Origin: Nitrospiria bacterium
GTDB lineage: Bacteria; Nitrospirota; Nitrospiria; Nitrospirales; NS-4
Reading direction: 5' to 3'
DNA length: 64,000 nucleotides
NCBI GenBank assembly: GCA_041490525.1
Contig: JBGPTH010000004.1
Coordinates: 17,635-81,634, forward strand
A program made the position numbers and the translations under genes. Position 1 is the first letter of the stretch, and the number at the start of each line of letters is the position of its first letter. The notes beneath the pieces were generated by a model. That model saw nothing but the letters and a program-made list of their open reading frames with translations. It did no database searches and had not been told where the DNA came from. Positions 8,004-16,015 of the stretch are shown one piece after another.

Positions 8004-9734
8004 TCACATACCTCCGCCGGTCACCATCACACTGAATTTTTCATGCAGGGACGTGCCCCCGGGCGTGACCACATGGACCGTAACCTCCCAATTCCCAGCC
8101 ATCCCCAGCAGCGCTTTTCCTTCGTATATCCCGTCCTTCACGTGTGCAGCGGTCGATTTCGACTCGCTCATGCCGGGCATCGGCATGGTGTACATGAACA
8201 AGACCTGCCCATTCGTCACCGGTTTTCCCGCCTGGTCCGCTAGTTTCAATCGAAGCACCGTTTCGCCGGCCTTGGGCGTCTCGGGCACCGTCGTCAACGT
8301 GAGGGAGAGGCCCCCCACTTGTCTCGTCTCGGCCACAGCCTTGGCTGGAGCCGATGACATTCCTTTCATCCCCTCCATGTCACCTTTCGCACCCTCCCTC
8401 CCCGGTGGCGCCGAGACGCCCCCTTTTCCCATGTCCATGCCTTCCATTTTCTTCTCGTACGCGCCGCGCATCTGCCAGTCGGCCATGCCGAGCTGGCCCA
8501 TCATGGCCTGCATGCTGCCGGCCGAGGCGAGCTTGCTGTCAGCGTCGAGAAGGAAGTTGGCCGAGGTCACAACCCGATCTCCTTCTTTGATGCCCTCCAG
8601 CACTTCAACGCGATCCTGGCTCTTCCGGCCCAGCTTGACCGGCGTGGGTTCATAGATGCCTTGCCCCCGATCCAAGTACACGAGTTGGCGGAGGCCGGAG
8701 TCGAGCACCGCCTCCTTGGGAACGACCAACGTCTTTACAGCGTCGGTTCGCACCGTGACGGTCCCGAACATGCCCGGCTTCAACTTCAACGCCGGATTCG
8801 GCAGTTCCAATCGCACCCGCACCGTGCGGGCTTCCGCATTCAACGAGGGATAGATGTAGGAAACCTTGGCCCGAAAGGTGTCCCCGGGATAGGCCTCGAT
8901 CGTGACCGTGGCAGGTTGGTTGAGCTTCACCATCGCAATCTCCGACTCATAGATGTCGGCATGGACCCAGACCGTGGACAGGTCCGCCACCTCATACAGC
9001 GTGGTTCCAGGTTCCACATATTTCCCCGGCAAGGCCTCACGCTTGAGCACGATCCCGCTGGACGGGGCATAGACGGTCAGGACCGGCTCCGCTTTCCCAC
9101 GACGCTCCAGGACCGCAATCTGCTCATCGGTCAAATCCCAGAGATGAAGGCGCTCACGCGCGCTTGCCACGAGGGCGGCCGCCCCGTCTTTGGCATCGGC
9201 CAGCGGACTGGCGGCTAGTTGGGCTCTCGTCCTCAAGGCCACGAGGTACTCATCCTGCGTGGCCAGGAGGTCCGGCGAATAGAGCGTGAAAAGCGGCTCG
9301 CCCTTGCGCACCGGCCTGCCGACCGAGTTGACGAAGACCTCCTGGACCCACCCGGAGACTCTCAGATTGACCTGCGTGAGCCCTCGCTCGTCGTAGTCCA
9401 CGGTGCCGACCGTTCGGATCTCTTGCTCCAGATCAGCGAAGGCGGCCGGCGCGCTTCTGACGCCGATCAACTGCCGGGTCACGGCTGGAACGGCGACAGC
9501 GCCCTTCATGTCCATTTCCCGCATGGGCATCCCCTTCATGCCCTCTTTCTCACCCTCTCGCCCCGAGGGCGCCGAGACACCCTCCTTTCCCATGTGCATT
9601 CCTGACATGTCGCCCATCATCAGATTGGCCGCGAAGAATCCCCCGACAACTCCGGCAATTACGCCGGCTGCGGCCACACCCGCCAGCAAGGTTTTCCATC
9701 GAATATCGGATTTCATGGTTTGCTCCTCCTTCAC
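8004..9734 (-). CDS. Efflux RND adaptor with duplicated Met-rich cassettes and a C-terminal FixH/YtkA-like domain
   Basis: 576 aa with an MFP core. Met-rich cassette MGKEGVSAPSGREGEKEGMKGM near the N-terminus is repeated as MGKGGVSAPPGREGAKGDMEGMKGM after the core. The last ~105 aa look like an Ig-fold FixH/YtkA-like domain (call by eye). Confidence 0.8.
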   Translation of the reverse strand: MKEEQTMKSDIRWKTLLAGVAAAGVIAGVVGGFFAANLMMGDMSGMHMGKEGVSAPSGREGEKEGMKGMPMREMDMKGAVAVPAVTRQLIGVRSAPAAFADLEQEIRTVGTVDYDERGLTQVNLRVSGWVQEVFVNSVGRPVRKGEPLFTLYSPDLLATQDEYLVALRTRAQLAASPLADAKDGAAALVASARERLHLWDLTDEQIAVLERRGKAEPVLTVYAPSSGIVLKREALPGKYVEPGTTLYEVADLSTVWVHADIYESEIAMVKLNQPATVTIEAYPGDTFRAKVSYIYPSLNAEARTVRVRLELPNPALKLKPGMFGTVTVRTDAVKTLVVPKEAVLDSGLRQLVYLDRGQGIYEPTPVKLGRKSQDRVEVLEGIKEGDRVVTSANFLLDADSKLASAGSMQAMMGQLGMADWQMRGAYEKKMEGMDMGKGGVSAPPGREGAKGDMEGMKGMSSAPAKAVAETRQVGGLSLTLTTVPETPKAGETVLRLKLADQAGKPVTNGQVLFMYTMPMPGMSESKSTAAHVKDGIYEGKALLGMAGNWEVTVHVVTPGGTSLHEKFSVMVTGGGM

Positions 9735-11023
9735 GGCCTTCCTCCCAATTCCGTTCCGACCGCCCGTTCGAGCTCGGCCATCCGCTGCTCAAATGCAGTC
9801 AGGGCTCGGTAATAATCGAGCGTGAAGTCCTTGATCGCTCGCTCGGCATCAAGCAGAGTCAGGAACTCCACCTTGGCCGCTTTATAGCCCACTCTTGCGG
9901 ACTCCAACGTCTGTTGTGCCTGGGGAATCACGGTGGTCTTATAGAGCGTGACCATCTTCTCCGCCGCCTCGATCTTCGCCAGGAGATCCTTCACCTCAAA
10001 CATGATCTGGTTTTGCAGAACCTGGAAGGCCGCTTTCGCCGAGTCCTGGTTGGCCGCCGCCTCCCTAACTCCCGCGTCATATTTGGGCTTGGTCCAGAAG
10101 GCAAACGGGAGGCTCATGGTCAGCCCCGCCCCGAAGCCGTCCCGTGCTCCGAAGTTCTGGAACCGTTCCACCATCACGTTGAAATCCGGGTAATACTGTT
10201 TTTGCGCCAGCGCGGTGGCCGTTTGACTTCTGGCGATCTCAAGGTCTAAAGCCCGCAGCTCAGGCCGGTTCTGAATCACCATCTGCTGAGGGTCCTCCAG
10301 CGCCCGTTTCTCCCGAGGGCCAGCGGGCTCGGCAGGCTCTCCGAGGGGGGCCTGCGGGGGGCGATTCATGAGGATATTGAGTTTCCCCCTGGCGGTCTCC
10401 CGCTGCTGCTCCAGCACGGGGAACTGATTAAAGAGCTTCGAGACCTCCACGGTGGCTTTCAGCACGTCTACCTGCGCCCCCTTCCCCGCCCGAAACCGCG
10501 CGTTGGCGATGTCAAAGAACTCTTTCAAGAGAGCGATCTGCTGGTGATGCACCTCGATGGCCTTGTGGGCGAGGAACAACTCGTAATAGGCGGCCTTGAC
10601 CTGCGCGGCCACTTCACGCTCTTTGGCGAGGAGCATAGAGGCGGCCATCTCGGCCTCTTTGATCGCCAAGCCTTCTTTGAGACCCAGCTTGCCGGGATAG
10701 GGAAAGCGCTGCGACAAGCCGAAAATCGTATTGGCCGAGGCGTCGGGGTAGAGCCTATTGGGATAGTTGAACAGCTCGATCTTGAACTCGGGATCGTCCA
10801 GGGCTCGAGCTTGCGGAGCCCGCTCCTTGGCCGCCTGCCACCGATGGCGGGCCGCCTGGATCTCGGGATTCCGCTCGAGGGCCTCAGCGACGACGGCCTC
10901 AAGCCTAAGCGGATCCGACGAGGGCGCCGCTTGAGCGGGCATGAGTCCGCCCCAAAGACCTATTGCAAGAACCGCACTGCTGATGAACGCACGATGACCT
11001 CCGCACATGGTGCTGACCTCCAA
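9731..11023 (-). CDS. TolC-family outer membrane efflux protein
   Basis: 430-aa ORF with a signal peptide. Paralog of 2725-3993. Overlaps the adaptor gene by 4 nt. Confidence 0.85.
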   Translation of the reverse strand: MEVSTMCGGHRAFISSAVLAIGLWGGLMPAQAAPSSDPLRLEAVVAEALERNPEIQAARHRWQAAKERAPQARALDDPEFKIELFNYPNRLYPDASANTIFGLSQRFPYPGKLGLKEGLAIKEAEMAASMLLAKEREVAAQVKAAYYELFLAHKAIEVHHQQIALLKEFFDIANARFRAGKGAQVDVLKATVEVSKLFNQFPVLEQQRETARGKLNILMNRPPQAPLGEPAEPAGPREKRALEDPQQMVIQNRPELRALDLEIARSQTATALAQKQYYPDFNVMVERFQNFGARDGFGAGLTMSLPFAFWTKPKYDAGVREAAANQDSAKAAFQVLQNQIMFEVKDLLAKIEAAEKMVTLYKTTVIPQAQQTLESARVGYKAAKVEFLTLLDAERAIKDFTLDYYRALTAFEQRMAELERAVGTELGGRP

Positions 11024-11081
11024 AAAAAGAAGACACGGGTTCTCGGTGAGAACCTCAGGTACAGTCAGCTTGTGCGGAGGA

Positions 11082-11438
11082 TCAGATGCGGAGGATCGAG
11101 GTCAAAGAGAGTGGGTCGCGCTCAAGAAAGGGGGGACTTCCTAAGAGAGCATAATGATGAGATAGAACCGAATCCAGAATCGAACCCGAAACCTGCTCAC
11201 CCACAACCACCTGCGAGTGGCAATCAAGGAGCGGGTCGGCTGAAGAAAGAGTCTGGACGCCGATGGACTTGAAGGCGTCGCAGTGCTGGCGGGCAGGCTG
11301 CTCCTGCGGCATTGTGCAGTCACTCCCCTGCGCCACCTTTACCCCGCCATACAGCGGGACCAGGCAGGCGTACGCATTTAGCGCCAGGAGGAAGTAGATT
11401 ATCGCCAGAGTAGTGGCTATGAACGGAGGCCGCTTCAT
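11082..11438 (-). CDS. Small secreted/membrane Cys-containing protein (hypothetical), first gene of the second RND operon
   Basis: 118-aa ORF MKRPPFIATTLAIIYFLLALNAYACLVPLYGG... No Shine-Dalgarno. An extended -10 box lies 8 nt upstream. Confidence 0.5.
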   Translation of the reverse strand: MKRPPFIATTLAIIYFLLALNAYACLVPLYGGVKVAQGSDCTMPQEQPARQHCDAFKSIGVQTLSSADPLLDCHSQVVVGEQVSGSILDSVLSHHYALLGSPPFLERDPLSLTSILRI

Positions 11439-11446
11439 AATTTTAA

Positions 11447-11455
11447 ATCATACCA
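11447..11455 (-). promoter_or_regulatory. Extended -10 promoter element TGGTATGAT
   Basis: Minus-strand TGGTATGAT lies 8 nt before ATG 11438 with no Shine-Dalgarno between, giving a leaderless-type arrangement like that at 4578-4606. Confidence 0.35.
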
Positions 11456-11560
11456 CTAAAGCCCTCAATATACTATCTCTGCGGTTCACCGTTCCTTCGT
11501 GATCGAATCCTGCCGTGGTTCACACAAATCAGTGGGGGCTTGAGCTTCCCCCTTCGCTCC

Positions 11561-12004
11561 TCACGCGGCGGGGACCTCCATGACGTACGCTTCCCCCTTC
11601 ATTTGGGGGTGCAGGTCGCAGCGGAAGGAATACTTTCCGGGCCGCTGGTTGTTGAAGCGGATGACGAGCGTCTTGCCCGGTTCCACGTAGAATCCTTCCA
11701 CTCCCTTGCCGTACGCGGCGACTCCTTCGCCCTCACCCTGTACCATGATTCCCTGAAGCATGGCTGAGTAGAAGCCGTGCCGGACGATGTCCTGATTGCG
11801 CAGGATGATGACCGCCGGCAGCCCAGGCTGGATCATCGTAGGTTTGGCCACCTGGAACTCATAATCCCGCATGAGAATTTCAAGCCGTTGCTCCGGCAAG
11901 GCCTGCGCCGCGCTCTGGACGTCCACGCGGAGCGCCGCAAGGCTCCCCCCGACAAGCATCATGACGGCGAGTACCCGTGTCACTCCATATGCTCCGCTTT
12001 TCAT
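11561..12004 (-). CDS. Cupredoxin (type-1 copper, amicyanin/plastocyanin-like) with signal peptide
   Basis: C-terminal ligand loop FRCDLHPQMKG (Cys-x2-His-x2-Met) plus an upstream His (VRHGFY). I prefer ATG 12004 (GGGAGG Shine-Dalgarno, MKSGAYGVTRVLAVMMLVGG) over the track start at 12088, which would overlap the upstream gene. Confidence 0.7.
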   Translation of the reverse strand: MKSGAYGVTRVLAVMMLVGGSLAALRVDVQSAAQALPEQRLEILMRDYEFQVAKPTMIQPGLPAVIILRNQDIVRHGFYSAMLQGIMVQGEGEGVAAYGKGVEGFYVEPGKTLVIRFNNQRPGKYSFRCDLHPQMKGEAYVMEVPAA

Positions 12005-12033
12005 AGAACCTCCCTTCCAGTCTGAACGGTCCA

Positions 12034-12579
12034 TCAACCTTCTTCCCGTTCCCAGTTCACCCGCACCAGCTTGTCCCGGTGGGCCCAATGGTAACTGGTT
12101 TTGCCCTTAAACGCTCGCTCCATCTCCCGCCCCATCCGCTGGGCCAGCTTGGTATTCGTGGTGAACACGCGCAATTCCTTCCCGTCGTCCTCGATCTTCA
12201 TAATCCGCTCCAGGGGATTGACCTCCTGCGCCCGGGCCGCTTCGTTATGCAACAGGCCGAGGACATCGCGCCGGTGCTCGGGGAGGCCGGGCCACCGCAA
12301 CGTCAGGACTCCATCAGGATAGCGGTCATGGACCTTGACACACGCCGGGCAGATGACCGCTTTGGTCCGTTTCTGGGAGACCAATTTCACGGACGCCGGC
12401 TCGTCGAATCGCCACCGTTTTTTCTCATAGATCGCATGACACTCCTTACAGACGGCGGGACCCGGCTGGGCCCCCCGAACGGCATAAGGATCCGGCTGCT
12501 GGCCGGCCAGACGACGCGGGTTGGAGACAAGGCGTCTCCCCTGCTTCCCGGCCGCTTTCCCGGTTCGCTTTCTTGACAT
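12034..12579 (-). CDS. BCAM0308-family / NMD3-like zinc-ribbon protein
   Basis: 181 aa with CKEC...CPAC motifs. Clear paralog of 31974-32477 (shared DKYP.G.LTL...NEEARA...P..RIM.IE...). Family name is from memory. Confidence 0.6.
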   Translation of the reverse strand: MSRKRTGKAAGKQGRRLVSNPRRLAGQQPDPYAVRGAQPGPAVCKECHAIYEKKRWRFDEPASVKLVSQKRTKAVICPACVKVHDRYPDGVLTLRWPGLPEHRRDVLGLLHNEAARAQEVNPLERIMKIEDDGKELRVFTTNTKLAQRMGREMERAFKGKTSYHWAHRDKLVRVNWEREEG

Positions 12580-12613
12580 ATCTGGCCTCCTTCCTAATCT
12601 TCGTGCTGATCAA

Positions 12614-12629
12614 CGCAAAGGTAGTACCA
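12614..12629 (-). promoter_or_regulatory. Sigma-54 promoter TGGTACTACCTTTGCG
   Basis: GG-N10-GC spacing is exact. Followed by a 33-nt leader containing GGAAGGAGG and ATG 12579. Confidence 0.55.
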
Positions 12630-12712
12630 GGAGCCCTCCGAGGGCGGGCAAAAAATTTCAGACCTGAATCATACGGTTATTGGTAGAGCACGTCGAGCGG
12701 TGAGGCATTGGT

Positions 12713-12734
12713 GACGCCAATTGCCCCAGACCCG
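12713..12734. promoter_or_regulatory. Candidate upstream activator element (copy A)
   Basis: GACGCCAATTGCCCCAGACCCG. The 13-mer TGCCCCAGACCCG is identical to 53649-53661, and GCCAATTGCCCCA is identical to 62245-62257. Lies 93 nt upstream of the -24 element. Confidence 0.4.
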
Positions 12735-12884
12735 TTGAAAGATTTCGTCCCGAAATTCCTCAGCGGACACCGACGCCGGTTCAGATTAAATCAGGCGTGG
12801 GGCATACGGGCGGGATTGTACCAGAATTCAGGTGCCCGTTGTGTTGACACGGCAAGAAGTGAAGTCTAGTCTTAGCTTCCTGGA

Positions 12885-13235
12885 TTGCTGGGTAGAGAAA
12901 AGGTGTCTGGAACCGTCTTTCAAATGATCTTTATCATTGTGCTTTGGTTCTCTTTCTTCGGACTTGCGCCTACTCAGGCGGCTGATCGGGGCTCGGCGTT
13001 GCAGTCGCCGGAACAACCCCCAGGCCCTTCCCAAACGTACCGCTCAATCACGCTCCGCATGACCAAGGAAGAAGTCCACCGATTGATGGGAAAGCCGTCC
13101 CGGTCAACCGATACGCTGTGGCTCTATACGTATGCGGATGGGACGACCGTGGAGGTCATCTTCTCGAAGAAGAGGCGCGTGACCCAGGTTGTCCATTATA
13201 AGAAGCAGCAGCAGTTCCCTCCGAAAGGGAAGTAA
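12885..13235 (+). CDS. Small secreted protein, SmpA/OmlA (BamE)-like (hypothetical)
   Basis: 116-aa ORF with a hydrophobic N-terminus (MIFIIVLWFSFFGLAPTQAA if started at 12924) and MTKEEVHRLMGKP. TTGACA-N17-TAGTCT lies about 40 nt upstream. Confidence 0.5.
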   Translation: MLGREKVSGTVFQMIFIIVLWFSFFGLAPTQAADRGSALQSPEQPPGPSQTYRSITLRMTKEEVHRLMGKPSRSTDTLWLYTYADGTTVEVIFSKKRRVTQVVHYKKQQQFPPKGK

Positions 13236-13251
13236 CAGAAACCGCATTGGA

Positions 13252-14064
13252 TCAGAATCCGATCGACAGCCCGACAGTGCCGAACACCGCAGATCGGTCG
13301 GAAGGCCCGGCGAACTCGGTTCCTAGGCCCCCATCCAATACGATTCGCGAGCTGAACTGATGGCGAAGTCCCACCTCGATTCCGGTGGGATTGCGGCCCC
13401 CGCTGAGGTCCGACTGGCGGGTGAACACGTCCGCGATCAGCGTTTCTCGGAACCGCATGGGATATCCTAGCGGATAACTCACGCCCAAAGCCAGGCGGTA
13501 CAGTCCATCGCGCTCTCCTCCTCGAGCGGAGCCCACGACCGTGTACTCCACATTAAGATGCGTCCGCCAACGGCCGAATGAGCGCGTCAGAATGCCGGCC
13601 AGCGTGCCATCCACGCCCTTTGAGCGAACGCCGGTCGGAAACTCCAGGTCGAGCTTCACGGCCAGCGCCGGCAGACTGAGCGTCTCCGTGTTGAGGTTGT
13701 ACAGGACGCCGACACGCACGTCTCCGGACTTCTCGGCACCTTCCACCGAAGTCGGCTCCGTAACCAGGTCTCCGCCGATCTCAAGCTGCGTGTTATAGAA
13801 CGCTCCGTACAGCACTTGCGGCTGGAACACGAACCGGGTTCTCCCCTGCCGCCGGTCCACGAATCGGGCACCACCCTCCAGGCCAAACTCGCCCTTTGCT
13901 AAAGGATACGCATCCTCGATCCGGAGCGGGCGGTTCTTGTCGAGGTTGTCGTGATCAAGCGCCCAGGCTGGCGGGAGGCCCAGACAGAGAAGGAAGGTTA
14001 CAATACTGAGCAGGCAGCCTCGCATCAGGCATGCCAGCCTTTCATTGTTTCTCATGCCGGTCAT
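13252..14064 (-). CDS. Putative outer-membrane beta-barrel protein
   Basis: 270-aa ORF with a signal-like MRGCLLSIVTFLLCLGLPPAWA, alternating beta-strand pattern and terminal Phe (LSIGF). Start is uncertain (14064, 14055 or 14025). Confidence 0.5.
   Translation of the reverse strand: MTGMRNNERLACLMRGCLLSIVTFLLCLGLPPAWALDHDNLDKNRPLRIEDAYPLAKGEFGLEGGARFVDRRQGRTRFVFQPQVLYGAFYNTQLEIGGDLVTEPTSVEGAEKSGDVRVGVLYNLNTETLSLPALAVKLDLEFPTGVRSKGVDGTLAGILTRSFGRWRTHLNVEYTVVGSARGGERDGLYRLALGVSYPLGYPMRFRETLIADVFTRQSDLSGGRNPTGIEVGLRHQFSSRIVLDGGLGTEFAGPSDRSAVFGTVGLSIGF
14021..14036 (-). promoter_or_regulatory. Sigma-54-like 16-mer TGGCATGCCTGATGCG (anomalous position)
   Basis: Matches the promoters at 24840-24855 and 43003-43018 at 14 of 16 positions each, but overlaps candidate start ATG 14025 of the beta-barrel ORF. 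Confidence 0.3.
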
Positions 14065-15010
14065 GCTTCATTTCTTGTTTCTGCCCGATCATCGGATTCG
14101 TGGCGTCGGCGCTCTCGAGATAGTAGCTGTCCAGGATCCGGTAAATTTCCGCCCGCTTGGCTTCCCGGGTGGGGAATAGATCACTGACCAAAATGTCGCT
14201 GATGTTGTCGTGGAGCATGTGGAGGTTATCGAAGATGTTCGCGATCTCGGGATAGCGGGCCGCGAACTTCGGGCTCAATTCGGCCGTCAGGGGCATGAAG
14301 GTCCATTCCACCGGCGGCCGCTGGAGATATCCATGGTACATCATTAAGATAGGCCGCACGACCGTCCGCTTGGCTGCCAGGTCCGGAGCGGCTTGCAGCA
14401 CGTCATACACGGCGACTTGGAGGTAGTGATAGGCCCAGATGGTGGCGTTGAAGAGCGGGAACTTCCACCGGAAGGCCTTCGAATACGGAAACTGGTCGAG
14501 GCGGCGGTGGTCCAGTCGTTGAGCGGTAATCGCGTAGGGGCTCTGCCGGTAGAAGGCCAGGGCCTCCTGGAGCGCGGCGTTTTTGTCGGTGATGATGGCG
14601 GAGACGTAGATGTCGTACGTGGCGCGGTGCAGTGCATGCGCTTCATCGAAGGCGTTCTGCGCGCGCCAGGCCAGCTTCATGTAGGTGGGGGCGATCGCCT
14701 CTTCGTTCGGCGGAAGGACCGGTCTCGACGCAATGAACCGCAGGGTCTGCCCGCGCGCCTCCTCTTCGACGGCCGGGACGCTCTTGGCGCCGGTGACCAG
14801 CAAAGTCTCATAAAGATGCGAATGGCCGAAGTCCACGCCGTTGAACTCGATGTCGAGCTCGGGAAGATCGTCGCGAAGCGCGAAGTTCCAGACGGCCCGG
14901 TCATAAAACCGCTTGTCGCGCGGCTCGAATTGGGCTGGCACGATCGAAGCGGAAAGCGCCGCAAGAGCCAGCAGGAATATCAGAATAGCAAGCAAGCGAT
15001 CAGGCCGCAT
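14042..15010 (-). CDS. Secreted hypothetical protein
   Basis: 322-aa ORF with signal peptide MRPDRLLAILIFLLALAALSASIVPA. No family recognised. Confidence 0.5.
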   Translation of the reverse strand: MRPDRLLAILIFLLALAALSASIVPAQFEPRDKRFYDRAVWNFALRDDLPELDIEFNGVDFGHSHLYETLLVTGAKSVPAVEEEARGQTLRFIASRPVLPPNEEAIAPTYMKLAWRAQNAFDEAHALHRATYDIYVSAIITDKNAALQEALAFYRQSPYAITAQRLDHRRLDQFPYSKAFRWKFPLFNATIWAYHYLQVAVYDVLQAAPDLAAKRTVVRPILMMYHGYLQRPPVEWTFMPLTAELSPKFAARYPEIANIFDNLHMLHDNISDILVSDLFPTREAKRAEIYRILDSYYLESADATNPMIGQKQEMKHDRHEKQ

Positions 15011-15111
15011 GGCGCCTCACCTCTTTGGATTCCTGGACTGGATACCCTTACGTCTGTGGCTGACTGAACTGCCTCACTGAGGAAGGGAGTGCCGCCAGAC
15101 GGACAAAGACC

Positions 15112-15996
15112 CTACCGCCTGAACACCAGCACCGAACACGGGGCGTATTTGATGACGCCGTCGGAGACGCTGCCCATGAGGAATCGGGTGGTGCCGGAGA
15201 GCCCGCGGGAGCCGACGACGGCCAGATCGGCGCGCTCGGCCTCGGCCAGTTTCACGATCTCGTGGCTCGGATGTCCGTGCACAACCGCGGTGCTCACCTG
15301 AAAGCCAGCCTTTTCGATGCGCTCGGCAGCCTGCTTCGCGATCGTATGGGCCTCTTCGATGAACGGGGCCCGCACCCGGTCGAGAAGAGCCCCCTCCAGC
15401 GGCGGTTCCATCGAGGCCTCGATCGGGAGCGGAGGGACGACCGAAACGACCGTCAGGTGGGCCGCTTCCGGCAAGGGCATCTGAAGGAGAAACTCGAGGC
15501 CGGCCCGCGCGTCCTTGGAAGCATCCATGCCCACGACGATCCGTCTGAGCACCGGCACCCGCTTCTTGACCAGCAGCACCGGACAGCCGGCGTGCACCAC
15601 GACCTTGCGCGACACGCTGCCCAGCAGGAAGGCCCGGACATCCGTCAGCCCCCGCGAGCCCATCACGATCATGTCGGCTTTCAGCTTCGCCGCCGTCCGC
15701 ACGATGCTCTCGGCCGGGTGCCCGCGCACGAGGCGGCTGTCCACGGTTCCCCAAACAGGAGAGAGCGCGGCCTTCTCGCGCGCCAACACGGTCCGGCCGG
15801 TCTCCTCCGCCAGGCCCAGCGCCTGCCTCATGGCGTCCTCGGCCCCCTCCCCCGCTCCCCGGTGGGGCTTGTACTTGGCGGTGTCCACCATGTGCACGAG
15901 CACCAGCGCCGACCCCCGAGGAAAGGGCCAGCGCCGCAGCGCCTCCAGCGCCCACTTCGAATGCTTCGATCCGTCCACCGCGCAGAGGACCTTCAT
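15112..15996 (-). CDS. Universal stress protein, tandem Usp domains
   Basis: MKVLCAVDGSKHS... plus a second domain VVGMDASKDA... Both have G-x2-G-x9-G(S/T)V ATP-type motifs. ATG 15996 is preceded by AGGAGA. The track start is 16023. Confidence 0.85.
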   Translation of the reverse strand: MKVLCAVDGSKHSKWALEALRRWPFPRGSALVLVHMVDTAKYKPHRGAGEGAEDAMRQALGLAEETGRTVLAREKAALSPVWGTVDSRLVRGHPAESIVRTAAKLKADMIVMGSRGLTDVRAFLLGSVSRKVVVHAGCPVLLVKKRVPVLRRIVVGMDASKDARAGLEFLLQMPLPEAAHLTVVSVVPPLPIEASMEPPLEGALLDRVRAPFIEEAHTIAKQAAERIEKAGFQVSTAVVHGHPSHEIVKLAEAERADLAVVGSRGLSGTTRFLMGSVSDGVIKYAPCSVLVFRR

Positions 15997-16015
15997 GCCG
16001 GATGCTCTCCTGCCC

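Noticed and set aside
6741-8243. Long ORFs antisense to or out of frame with confident genes. Examples: 6741-8243 +, 16295-17833 +, 17483-18850 -, 21778-23214 +, 38600-40000 -, 48233-49855 +, 51219-53618 +, 54192-55937 +, 59581-61389 +, 62334-63485 -.
   Set aside because: They are typical high-G+C shadow ORFs with Arg/Pro/Gly/His-rich low-complexity translations and no recognisable motifs. Each overlaps a gene with clear family signatures on the other strand or frame.
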